Positions 37,659-50,780 of a DNA stretch of 64,000 nt are shown here, piece after piece (positions within the stretch are counted from its first letter, which is position 1; each line of letters starts with the position of its first letter). Origin of the DNA: Antedon mediterranea (taxonomy: Eukaryota; Animalia; Echinodermata); assembly GCF_964355755.1 (NCBI RefSeq), contig NC_092678.1:15915881-15979880 (forward strand), read 5' to 3'. The position numbers were made by a program, and so were the translations under genes. The notes under the pieces were generated by a model, which was not told the origin of the DNA, made no database searches, and saw only the letters and a list, made by a program, of their open reading frames with translations.

Positions 37659-40600
37659 ATGGCGCGAGGTGTGTTGGTTCATCGATCAAAGGATACTATT
37701 TTTACGACATTACTGTTCCTTTGTTTATTAGTGAGTCTTCTATGCTTGTTTTCATTACAAATTAGCGTTCTAAGCGGCCACGAAGAAAACCTCGGAAACA
37801 AAGGAAAGTCTTTGTCTTGGACATATGGGTAAGCTTACAACGTATTCATTTATTAATAATGTTTGGTGGATACACTGTAAAAATAGTTTCTAGATCTTAA
37901 ACACGTTTATCTTTTAAACACGAGTTACATGTTTAGCGTATTTAAACCTAAACGTGTTTATAGCTACCTCCATTGGTTTAGCAGTCAACATGTCACTATT
38001 ATGTTCAGTCAACATGCTTAGGTATGTGCTTAGCGTTGCAGGCATATGATTTTACTGTGGCGGAAAAAAGCTCCACAAATGAACCCCACACATGACAAAT
38101 TAAACACGTTTAAAACCTAAACGAGTCTTTACACATTGCTCCACATGTTTAACCATCAACACGTCACTGATGTGTTGAGTTGGATACAGACTACATGTTT
38201 ACAATGTATTTAGAACCTGATCAATCACGGCTGTTTCAGAGCGACATAAAGTAGTGAGCCCTTTATCGGTAAAAGTTAAATATTTTCAAAATTGAGGGCG
38301 CTATACAAACGCGGAAACGATTTGTTTTTATTTAGCGAAAATAATTACATCATATTTAATCAACGAATCAGAAGCCTTTGGTTGTTGAAATCGGTGAGAT
38401 TTCTGATGAATATTCATTAGGAATGTCCTGGTTGTTGTGGGGATCGATTTTGAGACACGAAGCTTGAATACTTTGGTCGTGGTGAGTAGTTGAAATAATG
38501 AGATATTTTAATAGTGTTTTTGTTGCTTTTTGTTATGATTACGGCAAAAATTGCACCACGTGTCTGTTGAATTTAAAAAAAAACCAAAATAAACATTTTT
38601 GGGTACTTAAATAGTTGTTGAACCTCTAGAATTAAAATTGTTTTAACGGCAGATCTAGGCCCAGTTTACCACTCATTCAAAGTTTCATGGCTAAACCCAC
38701 GTGTTTTACGTAGGTGGGTGGGCTTTAAACACACTAGAGCCTATACTCGGGGGACTGTTGTATCTAGTTACTATGGCCAGGATCTGTTAATTAAATAAGT
38801 TCAGGCTTTTGGTGTTCAAGAAAAATAAAAGATTTCTATTTATAATAATATACAGGCCTAGAAGCGTACTTAACAATAATTAATACATTTATTGAGCCTA
38901 TATGGTACGATACGAGGCCTATATAGGTACATACTATAGAGTAGCGCCATATATTATATAGACATCGACTCAAGACTTGGCCTATTTATGTCATGATTTA
39001 TAGTCGACAAAGGCAAGGCAAAATCAATATTTTTTTTATTTTTGCATCACGCATGTTGACCCCTTGTATGCATATTCCAGCACCATCACTGCTTGCGAAT
39101 TATTTATTAGTTTCAATTGATTGCGTACAATTTTTTTTATAGGATGAAAACCTTTATTCCTTGGACGTGTGACTTCACTTCACCTTTCACGAATGATTGC
39201 AAACTCAAAATGGAACTGTTTTATCAACTGGTGTTCATGCTTCCAATTACTAATCCATTCATAGAAGAAAGTTCCAATGAAGTCAATAGTGACTGAAAAT
39301 AGACACGAGACCGGACATATTTCGACTTTAGTCCATCGAATTATGTAAATTTATCTAAGAAAAGATTTACGTTAAAATATAAATATTAATATTTTGAAGC
39401 TAATCTAGATTGTGATAACATTTTATAATTATTGTTGTAGGCCTATTGTTTTTTAGTTTTAACACAAAATATTAAATTATATTTTTATTAGACTAGAGTA
39501 AATATATTGTATAAAGTGATATATGTAATTTAAAATATACAATCAACTGGATATTGAATCAATGTTTTTGTTTTTTCCAAGTCTATATCTACTTAGTATC
39601 ATGCCTATCAGCCTAGGCCCATTATCTATATAAATATAGGGACATACATAGTAGGTATACTGATACTGTACTTGATGCCTAAACAATAAATTAATTTCTA
39701 TTATAAATAGGTCTAGCCATACATTTCCTAAAAAATATGGCATGTTACAAATTGTAATAATAATGAAAATAAGTATAAGACCTACTTTTATGTTCAAAAC
39801 ACAATTTTTGTATGTAGGCCTAATTAACAAAATGTAGGCCTACTTCACTACTATTACTAGCCTAGGTAGGCTACTGTGACCGTGTAAGTCCACCCACCAA
39901 GCCTATCAGACCTACACAGTAGGCCTAAGAATCACAAATTGATTAAAATAGCCATTTTATATGCTTAATTTTAACATAGTTGCAGGTTTGCCGTTAAACT
40001 GGGATTTTGCAGGTTGATAACTAAATAGTTTAAGATTACTATTTTCTTAACAAATCTCCGAAAAAAAATTCGACGGACGAACGAGAAGACGATAAATCTG
40101 ACGAAATTTCTGTCGTAAATTGAGGGCGCTTTAAATATTAATTTCGTCGATTGTTTTGTATTGCAAGGCCTTCAATAAAGTAGCGATATTTTTATCTACA
40201 AACACAAATTTCGTAATATGTTTATTATTTTATGTTCTTGAAAACTTAGTAAAACAAATAATATCAACAATATTAGACATTTTATTATTTATTTTAGAAT
40301 TCCATGTATAAATATAAAAGCATTATTATGCATTAAGGAAGTAAACGAACTATGCAGCGTTGCTAAGTATCGGCGGTGCATGGAAACAATGAAAAAGTGT
40401 TCGAGAACACGCGGCTAGCGAATAAAAGGAAAAGCGCGTTGTAAACACTTAATGTCGCGCATTACATGCGTTGAAAAAGTAGAAAAAGTACAAAATACAT
40501 CTAAATCTAAACACTATTTTTACAGTGTAGATAATTACTAATCAATATCATACTTCATATTTCCTAAATCACTGACAAATAAACAAATACCCATTGCTTT

Positions 40601-42028
40601 GTTCTTAGAAGTCAACCTTCGATCGTCCCAGCTTAATTAAGTATGGAAACACGCGCATGCGTATTAAGCTTTTACACAGATAGTTATCTGAATTCATGAG
40701 TTCGATTGTTGTTGCAGTTTCATCTATTAATTACCTTCAATTTGTTTTTGCTTGAGTTAGACGAATCTTTTTTTTTTTTAGAGATGATGTTTACGTGAAC
40801 CACCATCCAGACACGTTATCTACACAAACGAGGAATAACGATCGAGTCAACACGGTTATTCCTAGGCCTACAGCAAAACGTGAATATTGCAACGAATCAC
40901 GAAATATTGTATTTGTTAAAACTCATAAGACAGCCAGTACAACGCTAGAATCGATTTTACAAAGATTTGGTTACACAAGAAATTTGCTATTTACACTTGG
41001 AAAACGTGGTCACGTGTTGCCGAGTACACACTTGTTCAATCGCAAAATGATACCGTCTCTTCCGCCAAACGTAAAGCTCTTCAATAAATCTCTAACCGGC
41101 TATAACCTACTCACTAATCACGTGAGATACAACCGGCAAGAAATGGATGCTGTCGTTCAAAATGCAAAGTATATTACGATTATTCGGGAACCTCCTGCGC
41201 ACTTTTGAGTCTTGTTTTGGATATTTTGAAATGGCGAAACGGTTAAAATTAACAAACTTTAGTAACCCGATTGAAATGTTCATGAAAACACCAAGTAGGT
41301 TCTTGGCAAAGAAGTTCTATATGTGGCAGAGAGCCAAAAATGGTCAATTGTATGACTTAGGCCTGGATCACGAAAATCACGGCGACTTCTTTACAGTCAA
41401 GTACAAAATCAAACAATTAGACTCGGAATTCGATTTAATGTTATTGTCTGAATACTTTGACGAATCATTGATATTACTGAAAAAGTTGATGTGTTAAAGT
41501 TTTGATGATATTTTGTATATTTCGAACGGAATACGAAGTCATAGTCATCGTTACGTCATCAACGATCAACTGCGTACTCGAATACGTAAGTGGAGCAGCG
41601 CTGACGTCATGATGTACAACCATTTCAACAAAACATTGTGGAGGAAAGTTAAAGAATATGGAGAGACTTTTAATGCTGATCTTGCTGAATTTCGGCAATA
41701 AGAACACCAGGCTATACAGAAATGTATTGACGAACAGCGGACGAATAAACGGGATAGAAGGGAGGAAAAGTTTGTTTTGAAAAGAAATATGACTGGTTCT
41801 GTTTTCTGTGAAAATTTACTAAGAGGCGATGTCCAGTAAACCGGCTTGATTAGATGTTTTATGCAGAAACAAGGATTGCATCCGACGTCTGCTCCAGTCA
41901 AGGACAACGTGCCTAGAGAAAAGGCATCTCGAGGAACAAAATCTAAAAAGTCTTTACCGAAAAACCAACAAGTTGTAAATAAAACAGAAACCAAATCAAA
42001 AGTGAATAAAGTGAATAAAAAATCTTAG
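37659..42028 (+). pseudogene. GAL3ST-family paralog, pseudogene; exons 37659-37828 and 40782-42028
   Basis: Type II anchor exon, same phase-2 intron; FVKTHKTASTT, TIIREPP; +1 frameshift in T-run at about 41203-41206; stops at 41495-41497, 41699-41701, 41837-41839. Confidence 0.9.
37873..40527. mobile_element. Non-autonomous CACTA/EnSpm-like DNA transposon in GAL3ST pseudogene intron
   Basis: ta|cactgtaaaaatagt ... actatttttacagtg|ta: perfect 15-bp TIR, 2-bp flanking TA, subterminal aaacacg/aacatg repeats. Confidence 0.75.
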
Positions 42029-42466
42029 AATTTGCAGATCATATAAGCAGTTTCGGCATTTAATTTTCTAATAAGCATCAGGTGAACTCTCGCACATCTT
42101 CCGGTTTAAATGGACAACATGCATGAACTGTGCATGTAATTGAATACTTTGGTTAATTTAAACTGTTTACTATCGTTAATATGTGCTATTTTATACATGT
42201 TCTATTAGGGAAAACAAAACGATGCCCGGATGTCCAAAATCGATGAAAACTGAGGCTGTTTTATATTGCGTAATTTAAGATTATATGCAATTTAAACTGT
42301 GTTATCTTTATATTGATATTCTGAACGTTTACAGTTAAAGCAAAGAAAATACAGAAAGAAATATAGAATGACAAATCCTTGATTATACTTAAACAACAGA
42401 ATGAAGGAGTTTTAAATAATCATCCATGGTAATAATATGCTTTCCCACAGAGCCAAATTATGGCTT

Positions 42467-42806
42467 AGGTTTGTCATGAGTAGGGCTAGCTCCACATACG
42501 TCAAGATTGTCATGGGGTAGGGCTAGCTCCACATACGTCAGATTTGTCATGGGTTAGGACTAGCTTCACATACGTCAGGTTTGTCATGGGGTAGGGCTAG
42601 CTCCACATACGTCAGGTTTGTCATGGGGTAGGGCTAGCTCCGCATACGTCAGGATTGTCATGGGGTAGGGCTAGCTCTACATACGTCAGGTTTGTCATAG
42701 GGTAAGGCTAGCTCCACATACGTCAGGTTTGTCATGGGGTAAGGCTAGCTCCGCATATACGTCAGGTTTTTCATGGGGTAAGGCTAGTTCCGCATACGTC
42801 AGGATT
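42467..42806. repeat. 37-bp minisatellite, about 9 copies
   Basis: Unit gtcaggtttgtcatggggtagggctagctccacatac, head-to-tail without spacers. Confidence 0.95.
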
Positions 42807-43369
42807 TATAGATAAACTGTTTGTTTGTAATGCATGCTTGATTTTTTAGGACACTGTACAAAAGTTTGAACACAAAAAAAATAAAATATTATAATTTCAG
42901 TTTATGTAATGGGACGTTTTGGTAATGTTTGTATTTAATTTATAAAGTATACTATCCCGGTCGCTGTTATTGATTCTCAAATTTCTAATGCAAAAATCGC
43001 GGATTGCTCATTCTTCAGATAATGATATTCATTTGGTTACTGTGATTTAAGTTAGACAACTTGTAAAAATGTTATTCAATAGTTATTGTAGTTTTAATTT
43101 TATGAAATCCCAGTTGTATTTTCCTTCACTGTTAGATAATTTTCATTCCAATAATGTATATGTTTAAGTTAACGAATGGGCTCGGCCTTTTCTGTAAATC
43201 CCGGATGATACATAGAACGCCATAGTTAAGTATGGAACGCCATATTTAAGTAAATAACAACCCTTTTAGAGAGTTATCTATAGAGACTAATAAAATATTT
43301 ATACATTTGTTAAGTGTATTATTTCTACGGTAAAGTTTATAAGCTAAATTCGGTGTATTTTGATAACGG

Positions 43370-43615
43370 TCATGGTTAACTCCATTTTCTTAGCGTCTGG
43401 GCGGGCTAGACTAGTTTAGTGTTTGTACCGGGTACGGCACTTCTTCTTCACAAACGAGTCTGATTTAACTGTAACGTTGTACATGCATACCGGTACCCAT
43501 TTCTGTCAACTGAGTTGGGAGGAGCAAGTTGGATACATATTCTTTCTCAAGAACCCGGCAACCTGATGACCGGATCGGAGCTTGGACCAAAAGTCATCTA
43601 ACCATTGCGCCACAA
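43370..43615 (-). mobile_element. Degenerate tRNA-derived SINE
   Basis: Minus strand gtggcgcaatggttaga (A box), decayed B box, central ...aaatgggtaccgg motif typical of metazoan SINE2 cores. Confidence 0.5.
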
Positions 43616-44304
43616 AATACAGTGCAATGGTACAAATAATTGTATAAGGTTACAATAGAATAATTTATTTTTCACCGTTATTTGGGTATTATGAGTACCA
43701 TTGAATGGACGAATATAAAACATTTGTGTTTATAAATCACCTACTTTTAACAAGAGGCCTAAACAATTCGATAAGGACAGTACTATACGTACTTTTGAAT
43801 ATGGAGTAGAGCAATCAACACACAGGGTGTGTTAACACAACAATCAACTACAGAAAGATTTTGAACAGCCTTGTGTCGAGAACATTATTATAACGAAATT
43901 CAACAGTATAGCGATATTCAACGATGACATACAAAATTGTACGATTGATGATGTAATTGTCTTGAAGTTGTTTGCATGAGACCGACAACTCTCCAATCAA
44001 ATGAAAAGAATCTACTAGGTGTGTTTTAATAATATTAAACGATATGATAAAGATACACTATCACTTATAACAAAGTTATCATTATTTCAAATATTGAGTC
44101 GGGCTGAAATCAAGATAATACGATATAAGGTTTTGTCAAATTTCCAGATTTTCCACATTTCCCAACCACAACACTCGTTCATTCACGAGGTCACATTTAT
44201 CCCTAATAACTAATAACTATTGTGTACATTATGCATTAATTTTAATGATATGCAAGAAAAGTTACCACCGGAACGAGCAGAAAACTTGGTTACTTCATTA
44301 TTTT

Positions 44305-44364
44305 AATCATTACAAATTTGTTTCGTATGACCAGCATGTAGCTGGCCGCACTCTTCAGGTGAAA
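44305..44364 (-). ncRNA. Type I hammerhead ribozyme motif of Penelope element
   Basis: tcac-CTGAAGA-gtgcggccagc-tacat-gctggtcatac-GAAAC-aaattt-GTA-atga: both core boxes intact, 11-bp stem II with one mismatch, palindromic stem III, GUA triplet, weak stem I. Confidence 0.7.
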
Positions 44365-44577
44365 TAAAAAACATATTTGACACAGTTATATCACAGGGCT
44401 TAATTGAAGTGAGTTATCAGGAAGTCGAATACAATAGCCTATTGTTTCAATTAGATAAATTATTTGGATCTGCAATTTTAGTAAGAACTTTTTCTTATGT
44501 CTGCAAGTAGAAATTAACTCGTTCTTACGGTTCAATGAGCATAGCTCTGGTTGACATATAATAAAATACTTTTCATA

Positions 44578-46017
44578 TCTATATATAAATTTACGTAAGG
44601 GCAAAATTCGGTAAATCGCGCGTTATTTCTAGAATGTTTACTCGATGGAATATAAAGTTGGTTAGAATCTCGGTACTGATTTTAACCACCTTATGTAACC
44701 CTGTTTACTAATTAAATTGAGTTAGATAATTAGTTATTGACAATTAAAACGAATTTAGGTTCAACGATTTGCCCCAAATAGGGGTGTTTTTCGATCGTGG
44801 TATACACTGTCTAATGGATGTCCGTCTTGAAAAATACCCACAGACAATAATACGAGGATGCTTCGCATTTTCCTATCTCCTCCTACGATAAATGTTTTTA
44901 ATGGCTGAAAACCGGTTGAACAGCTCGAGTACAGCATCATAATGTTGAAGACAGGCCGCTTTTCTTTAAAAAATACTATTTTGATAGATTTAATATACGT
45001 TTATACAAATGTATTGATTTGCGATGAATGGAACATTCCAATCTCTGTTCCACAAGTGTCTATTCCCTCAGGCGTCGTAAAGGAAAGTACTGTATACTCA
45101 TAATAGAAATTTGATCCATTTTTTTTCTCAATCTGTGCTGCAGAGGTTGGATATAATTTTTTTAAACGGATAATGAGCTAGCGTTTTCAGTCGCAGTATA
45201 TTATGTAAAAATCTTTATTATTGCATTTAAACTACCCACATCATCACCCTTCCCTCACTGGCATGAGTAGCGTTGTAAAGCCAGTACAGGATAGGCCTCG
45301 GTGCATCACATCCCCTAAACGCAGAACAACTTTGGTGGGTAGGGTAAGAACCAACTTAAGTATGAATTGGCTCTAAGAAACAATTGAAAACCATTAGGCC
45401 TACTAATTAAGTTGAGTTAGATAATTTAATATTTATTGACGATTAAATCGAATTTATGATTTTCCTCGAATAGAGGTGGTTTTCACAAATTGTTTTACAT
45501 TATATAAACATACACGTCGTAGTGATGTGTCGTTACATGTACTGTACTATTCCAATCGACTAGGACGGTGATAGTTTCAACAAAGTATTACATAGCAATG
45601 TTTTACTGTGTTTAGTGGTATATTATTTGTAAAACATGAAAAAAAAATAATATTTCGTTACTAAATGGATAAAGAATATATTTAATATATTTAAAAATTG
45701 TTCCTCTTTGCACCCATCCTCTTCGCCATTCCTCACCCCTAATGTTACATACAAAACACAAATTAAGTTTGTTTAAATTTGACTTAAACAATTGGTCTCA
45801 TTTTGTGACAAGTTTCTCTTTCGGAAGTAATTCTCAGGGTGCTAATTTTAGTTGAGTACATAAATCATTGTCTATTTATTCGTTCCTGTAAACGATATGT
45901 ATTATTGTACGTACATTTGAAATCGCCAGTTTTTTAACGCTGAAATTATTATGTATTCGAGAACCATCTGTGGGCACGATCTAGATGGTACGCGAGCGAA
46001 GCGAGCCTACCATCTAG
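44578..46017 (+). mobile_element. Non-autonomous Helitron (copy 2)
   Basis: a|TCtatatataaatttacg ... ctagatggta-cgcgagcgaagcgagcc-taccatCTAG|t; homologous to 21303-23848. Confidence 0.85.
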
Positions 46018-47509
46018 TATACATAAATTACATCTTTTGTTAATATATGAGTAAGGTTTGCATTTCTTTATAATTTTCAATTAAATTGAGTAATTTGTTT
46101 TAGAGTCTTTAAGTGTCCATATATGTTTACTGAGTTCCGTTGCGTTTAACTGAACTAACTGAAAACCAGTTTAAAACCAGATACAGAAAACATACGTCTT
46201 CATTCCGGAACGAAAAACTAAGAAACACAACACAAGGAAGTAAACACAACGTAAACGAGTTAACCAATCACACACGACAGTTGGATTAATACATCGCTTG
46301 TGATTGGGCGCTAACGTTTGCGCTCTGTGCATTGCGTCTCTCTAGTTGAACCAATCGTTAGTAATATACCAAATATGCAGTAATACTTTTTTTCACCAGA
46401 CTATACATTGATACGGTACTCATAATCAATAAAAAACATGATAAAGTTAACAAAATTACAGACCGGAGTTGATGTAATTATATTTTTCTGTTGAGGGCCC
46501 CGTTGTGTACAGAAAACCCCTAGGCCTATATGAACAAATAAAGTCCATTACTCCCATGACGCTATAATATAATTGGATAGGTTCACCAACCCTATTGAAA
46601 TTATATTATTACATTAAATAAAATAAAAACTAATATGGTATATGTATAACAATGAAGTTCACAAAAAATGATATGAAGTATATGAAATAAGTATTTAACT
46701 TTTTAAAGTTCTTTTTCTGTTTTTTTTTTCTAAGGAAATAATTAGATGAGAATAAACGCGGTCACTTATAGTCGACCTACCACAATGTACACAGCAAGGA
46801 AAAAATAATATCAAACCAACTTGATATCATACCGTTTGGCTATGCATCATAATCCGATATATTGTGGTACCAACAAAGTTAAACTAACGATAGAGGCCAT
46901 GGGTCAATTATCATTAAATTCTTGTATAAATTTCCACTATGATAATATATATCTTATCAGCCAAACAAATCTTTAACCATGTTTCTGTTCATGTTAACAC
47001 ATTCGTTATATGCCTACAGTATTATCAATTAACACTTATTTATCGCACATTTCTATGAAAAGCACATAATCAGCTACTGTCACAACATTGGTTGAATTAA
47101 AAAGTCTTTATTTACGGATACATTATAGTTAACCGGCAAATTGCAACTGAAAACGAGCGGTCAACAAATGTCTTCGCATAACATCCGTTGCTCTGCAAAA
47201 CCGACTCTCTAGAAAAAGAAGCCTAAACTATCTTAAAAAGAAGTCAGATAATCATAGGGGGATTTTTCCAATGGGCTTCCTTTCGAGATTACTTTTTCAA
47301 ACTAAGGAGAGGCTTCTTTTTAATGTGTTCTTTTTTTCGAAGTGGGATTATTTACGAGGTCGGCTTCTTTTTTTAGAAATTCGTTTTCTTTCATATAAAG
47401 GAATTTCATCAGTGAGGATCAATATGTTAAACAAATAGTATTTCTTTTATATGGCCTATGAAATATTCAAATTAATATCTTTATATTTATAATAATTACT
47501 GAAAAGCGA

Positions 47510-49625
47510 ACATTAATTATAATAATAATCATTATTTATCTATAAAATCATACATAAAACTAACAAAACTACATAGATAAATGTATAGATTATATTAATG
47601 AAATAAGTCAACATCAATTGAAATAAATACTACGTTTTTTCTACCAAATCTTACATAAAACTAATACAATCCACCAAACAACATCGATAAATGTATAGGT
47701 TATATTAATAAAATAAGCCAACATCAAATGAAATAAATACTACATTTTATCTACCAAATCTTACATAAAACTAATACAATCCAACAAACTACATCGATAA
47801 ATGTATAGGTTATATTAATAAAATAAGCCACAATCAATTGAAATAAATACTACATTTTATCTACCAAATCTTACATAAAACTTATACAATCCACCAAACA
47901 ACATCGATAAAAGTATAGGTTATATTAATGAAATAAGTCAACATCAATTGAAATAAATACTACATTTTATCTACCAAATCTTTCATAAAACGAATACAAT
48001 CCACCAAACTACATCGATAAATGTATAGGTTATATGAAATAAGCCAACATCAATTGAAAGTAATACTACATTTTATCTACCAAATCTTACATAAAACTAA
48101 TACAATCCACCAAACTACATCGATAAATGAATATGTTATATTAATGAAATAAGCCAACATCAATTGAAATACTACATTGTATCTACTAAATCTTACTTAA
48201 CACTAATACAATCCACCAAACTACATCGATAAATGTATAGGTTAAATTAATGAAATAAGCCAACATCAATTGAAATAAATTCTACATTTTATCTACCAAA
48301 TCTTACATAAAACTAATACAATCCACCAAACTACATCGATAAATGAATATGTTATATTAATGAAATAAGCCAACATCAATTGAAAAAAATACTACATTTT
48401 ATCTACCAAATCTTATATAAAACATATCTTACATAAAACAATACATTCCACCTTCTGTACATCGATAAATGTAAATGTTATATTAAAGAAAAAGCCAACA
48501 TATACACTGAAATAAAACAACATTTTATCTACCAAATTGACAAAACTACACTGTACATCGATAAGTGACTATACCGTAAAACTTTTAAATAAGGCCCGTG
48601 GGCATCTTCTTTTTTAGGGCTCTTAGCTGGGTGCCTCTTCGAGATGTACTTCTTGTCGAGATTACTTTTGAAAACTGAAGAACGGGGCTCAATGAATGCT
48701 GTCAATTGCTACACTGTACTACAATATTATTTTTAGACATTTCCTGCCAATTTTATATTTGCCAAGGGAGCAGACAAGAAGAAGATACAATCAAAGTACC
48801 ACTTCATCAGATAATTTTAATTATTAAAAGGATTGTAAGGTCATTAATACATTTATATGATAACACGATCATGCATTTCTATTCCTTTTACATAAATGCA
48901 GTATATCTTTAAAAAAAAACCCTGATGCGCTTGATTTTGAGATGGGAATTTTTTTGAGATCACTTATGCAAACCACAAAAGGTGCTTCTTTTTGAGATGG
49001 GCTTCTTTTCGATATTATTTTTTCAAACTAAGGAGCGGCTTCTTTAAGAATTGGGCATCTTTTTGAGGTGGGCTTCTTTTCGAGTTCGACATTGTTTTAA
49101 TATATTTTACGGTATGTCATCAAAACGGACATAGTAGCCCACATCAGCAATTCGTTTTTTCTAAAGGAAAAATACAATCATATCGCTCCACTTCATCCGT
49201 ATTAGGGACCGGGGTGCTAAACAAATATTATTTGTTTGATATAGGCCTAACATTCGAAATGTTCACATTAATAATTTTATCTTAATGATTAGTGAAAAGC
49301 CAACATTAATTTTAATGATAAAAATACAGTAAACACTTTATCTACCAAACCTTACATAAATTCACAAAATCCACCAAACTATATCGGTAAATGTATATGT
49401 TATAATTAATGAAAAAAACAACATCAATTGAAATAAAAACTAAATGTTATATACTAAATCTTACATAAATTGAATACAATCCACCAAATGACATCGATAA
49501 ATGAATATATATTAATGTAAAAGCCAACATCAATAATTGAAATAAAAACTAGACCTACATTTTATCTACCAAATCTTACATAAAACTAATACAATCCACT
49601 AAACTACAGCGATAAATGTATATCT
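47510..49625. repeat. 110-bp tandem repeat (about 9 copies 47510-48565, about 3 more 49290-49625)
   Basis: tacattttatctaccaaatcttacataaaa recurring at 47741, 47851, 47961 etc. Confidence 0.92.
48574..49112. mobile_element. Tc1/mariner-like MITE inserted in the 110-bp array
   Basis: ta|ccgtaaaa ... ttttacgg|ta; internal gggcttcttttcgag-type repeats, also seen as a partial copy at 47255-47385. Confidence 0.6.
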
Positions 49626-49774
49626 AATGTACTTTTTTACGTCTTTTATGGGATCGTCCCACTTTTATTTAATTTTCAATAAACACGTTCTCTATAAATT
49701 GTTTTGTAGTACAAAACATATTTTATAGCTTCGGACGAAACACTTTTTGTGTGTAACTCAGTGGGAACTTGGGC

Positions 49775-50780
49775 TTACTTATGTTTACATTTGCACATAT
49801 AGACAATTGTGAAAAGATAAGGGTTGACCGACGAGTTTATCGGTATAATAAACGTCGCTGCCCACACGTAAATTTCCTCAGGAATATCCCACCACCCCAT
49901 TTCTGAACAGAAACTCATTAGGATTATCGGGAACCAGCAACAGAAATCGGTAAAGACAATGATTCCTAATTTTCGCGCCATTTTCAATTGCTCCTTTCGT
50001 TTTCGTCTTCTACAGACGGTGGCTCCTGACCTCTGAACTGAGAAGAAAATGGTGGCATAACTCACAGCGATGACGATAAAACCTATTCCATTAAACACAA
50101 CAAATATGGCAACGGCGTACTCCCATCCTGGCCATCGGCTTCTGGTTAGCGGAAGTGCAAGACATACGCTTTGCTTTCCATAATAATTGTCACCGAAATA
50201 CGGTATGTCGATGAGGTTTAGTTTGTGCACAACTGGTAGAAAACTAAGCACAAAGAAAACCAGCCAAGCGATTCCGATGAGAATTCTGCAGTATTTGCGG
50301 TTGAGACGTCTGGTGCTAAATGGGTTTACGATGTTAACAGCGCGATCAACGCTCATAACCATTAAAGTAAACACCGAACATTCACCCGAAAGAGTAGAAA
50401 CAGCCCCGGAAAAGCTACACAGGAAGCTGTCCTTCCAATCCTTTGCAACTACCCAGTATCGTCCTCTGTAATAAACATCCGCACTTGCAATTGTTATTAA
50501 ATAAATAGCCATTAACAGGTCGGACACGGCAAGGTTGGTGATCAGTGTGGTTTGAACCTTTTTCGCACTGCTGTTGATATTACCGGTGTTGTCATCCTTT
50601 TCATAACATCTTGAAATTATTACTATTACATTTCCAATGACGGATGATATCCCAATAAGGAACATCAACACTCGTAAGACTTCTCTTTTTAGTAAGTCTT
50701 TGCAAGACGCAAAGACATCGGTCGGCTCGCAGATTTCAATGTCACCAACAAGGCAGCATATGCGAGGAAAATCCGAGTAC
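49775..50780 (-). CDS. LGR terminal exon: hinge + rhodopsin-type 7TM
   Basis: Acceptor aaaatag at 50781-50787 (minus); ORF track 49775-50671 extended upstream in frame; stop TAA. Confidence 0.92.

Larger units (their letters stand above)
44275..46055 (-). mobile_element. Penelope-like element 3' remnant, split by Helitron (parts 46018-46055 and 44275-44577)
   Basis: Rejoined minus strand reads approximately NKRC(N)[36 protein letters not shown] (one small indel), the Penelope GIY-YIG C-terminus, followed by a hammerhead motif. Confidence 0.75.

Noticed and set aside
42467-42806. 37-bp repeats as a CRISPR array
   Set aside because: Units are contiguous with no unique spacers, no cas genes, and the context is eukaryotic.
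50187-50471. Antisense ORFs over real exons (also 32804-33052, 41474-41994, 25187-25396)
   Set aside because: Shadow frames of coding sequence with no independent motifs or splice support.
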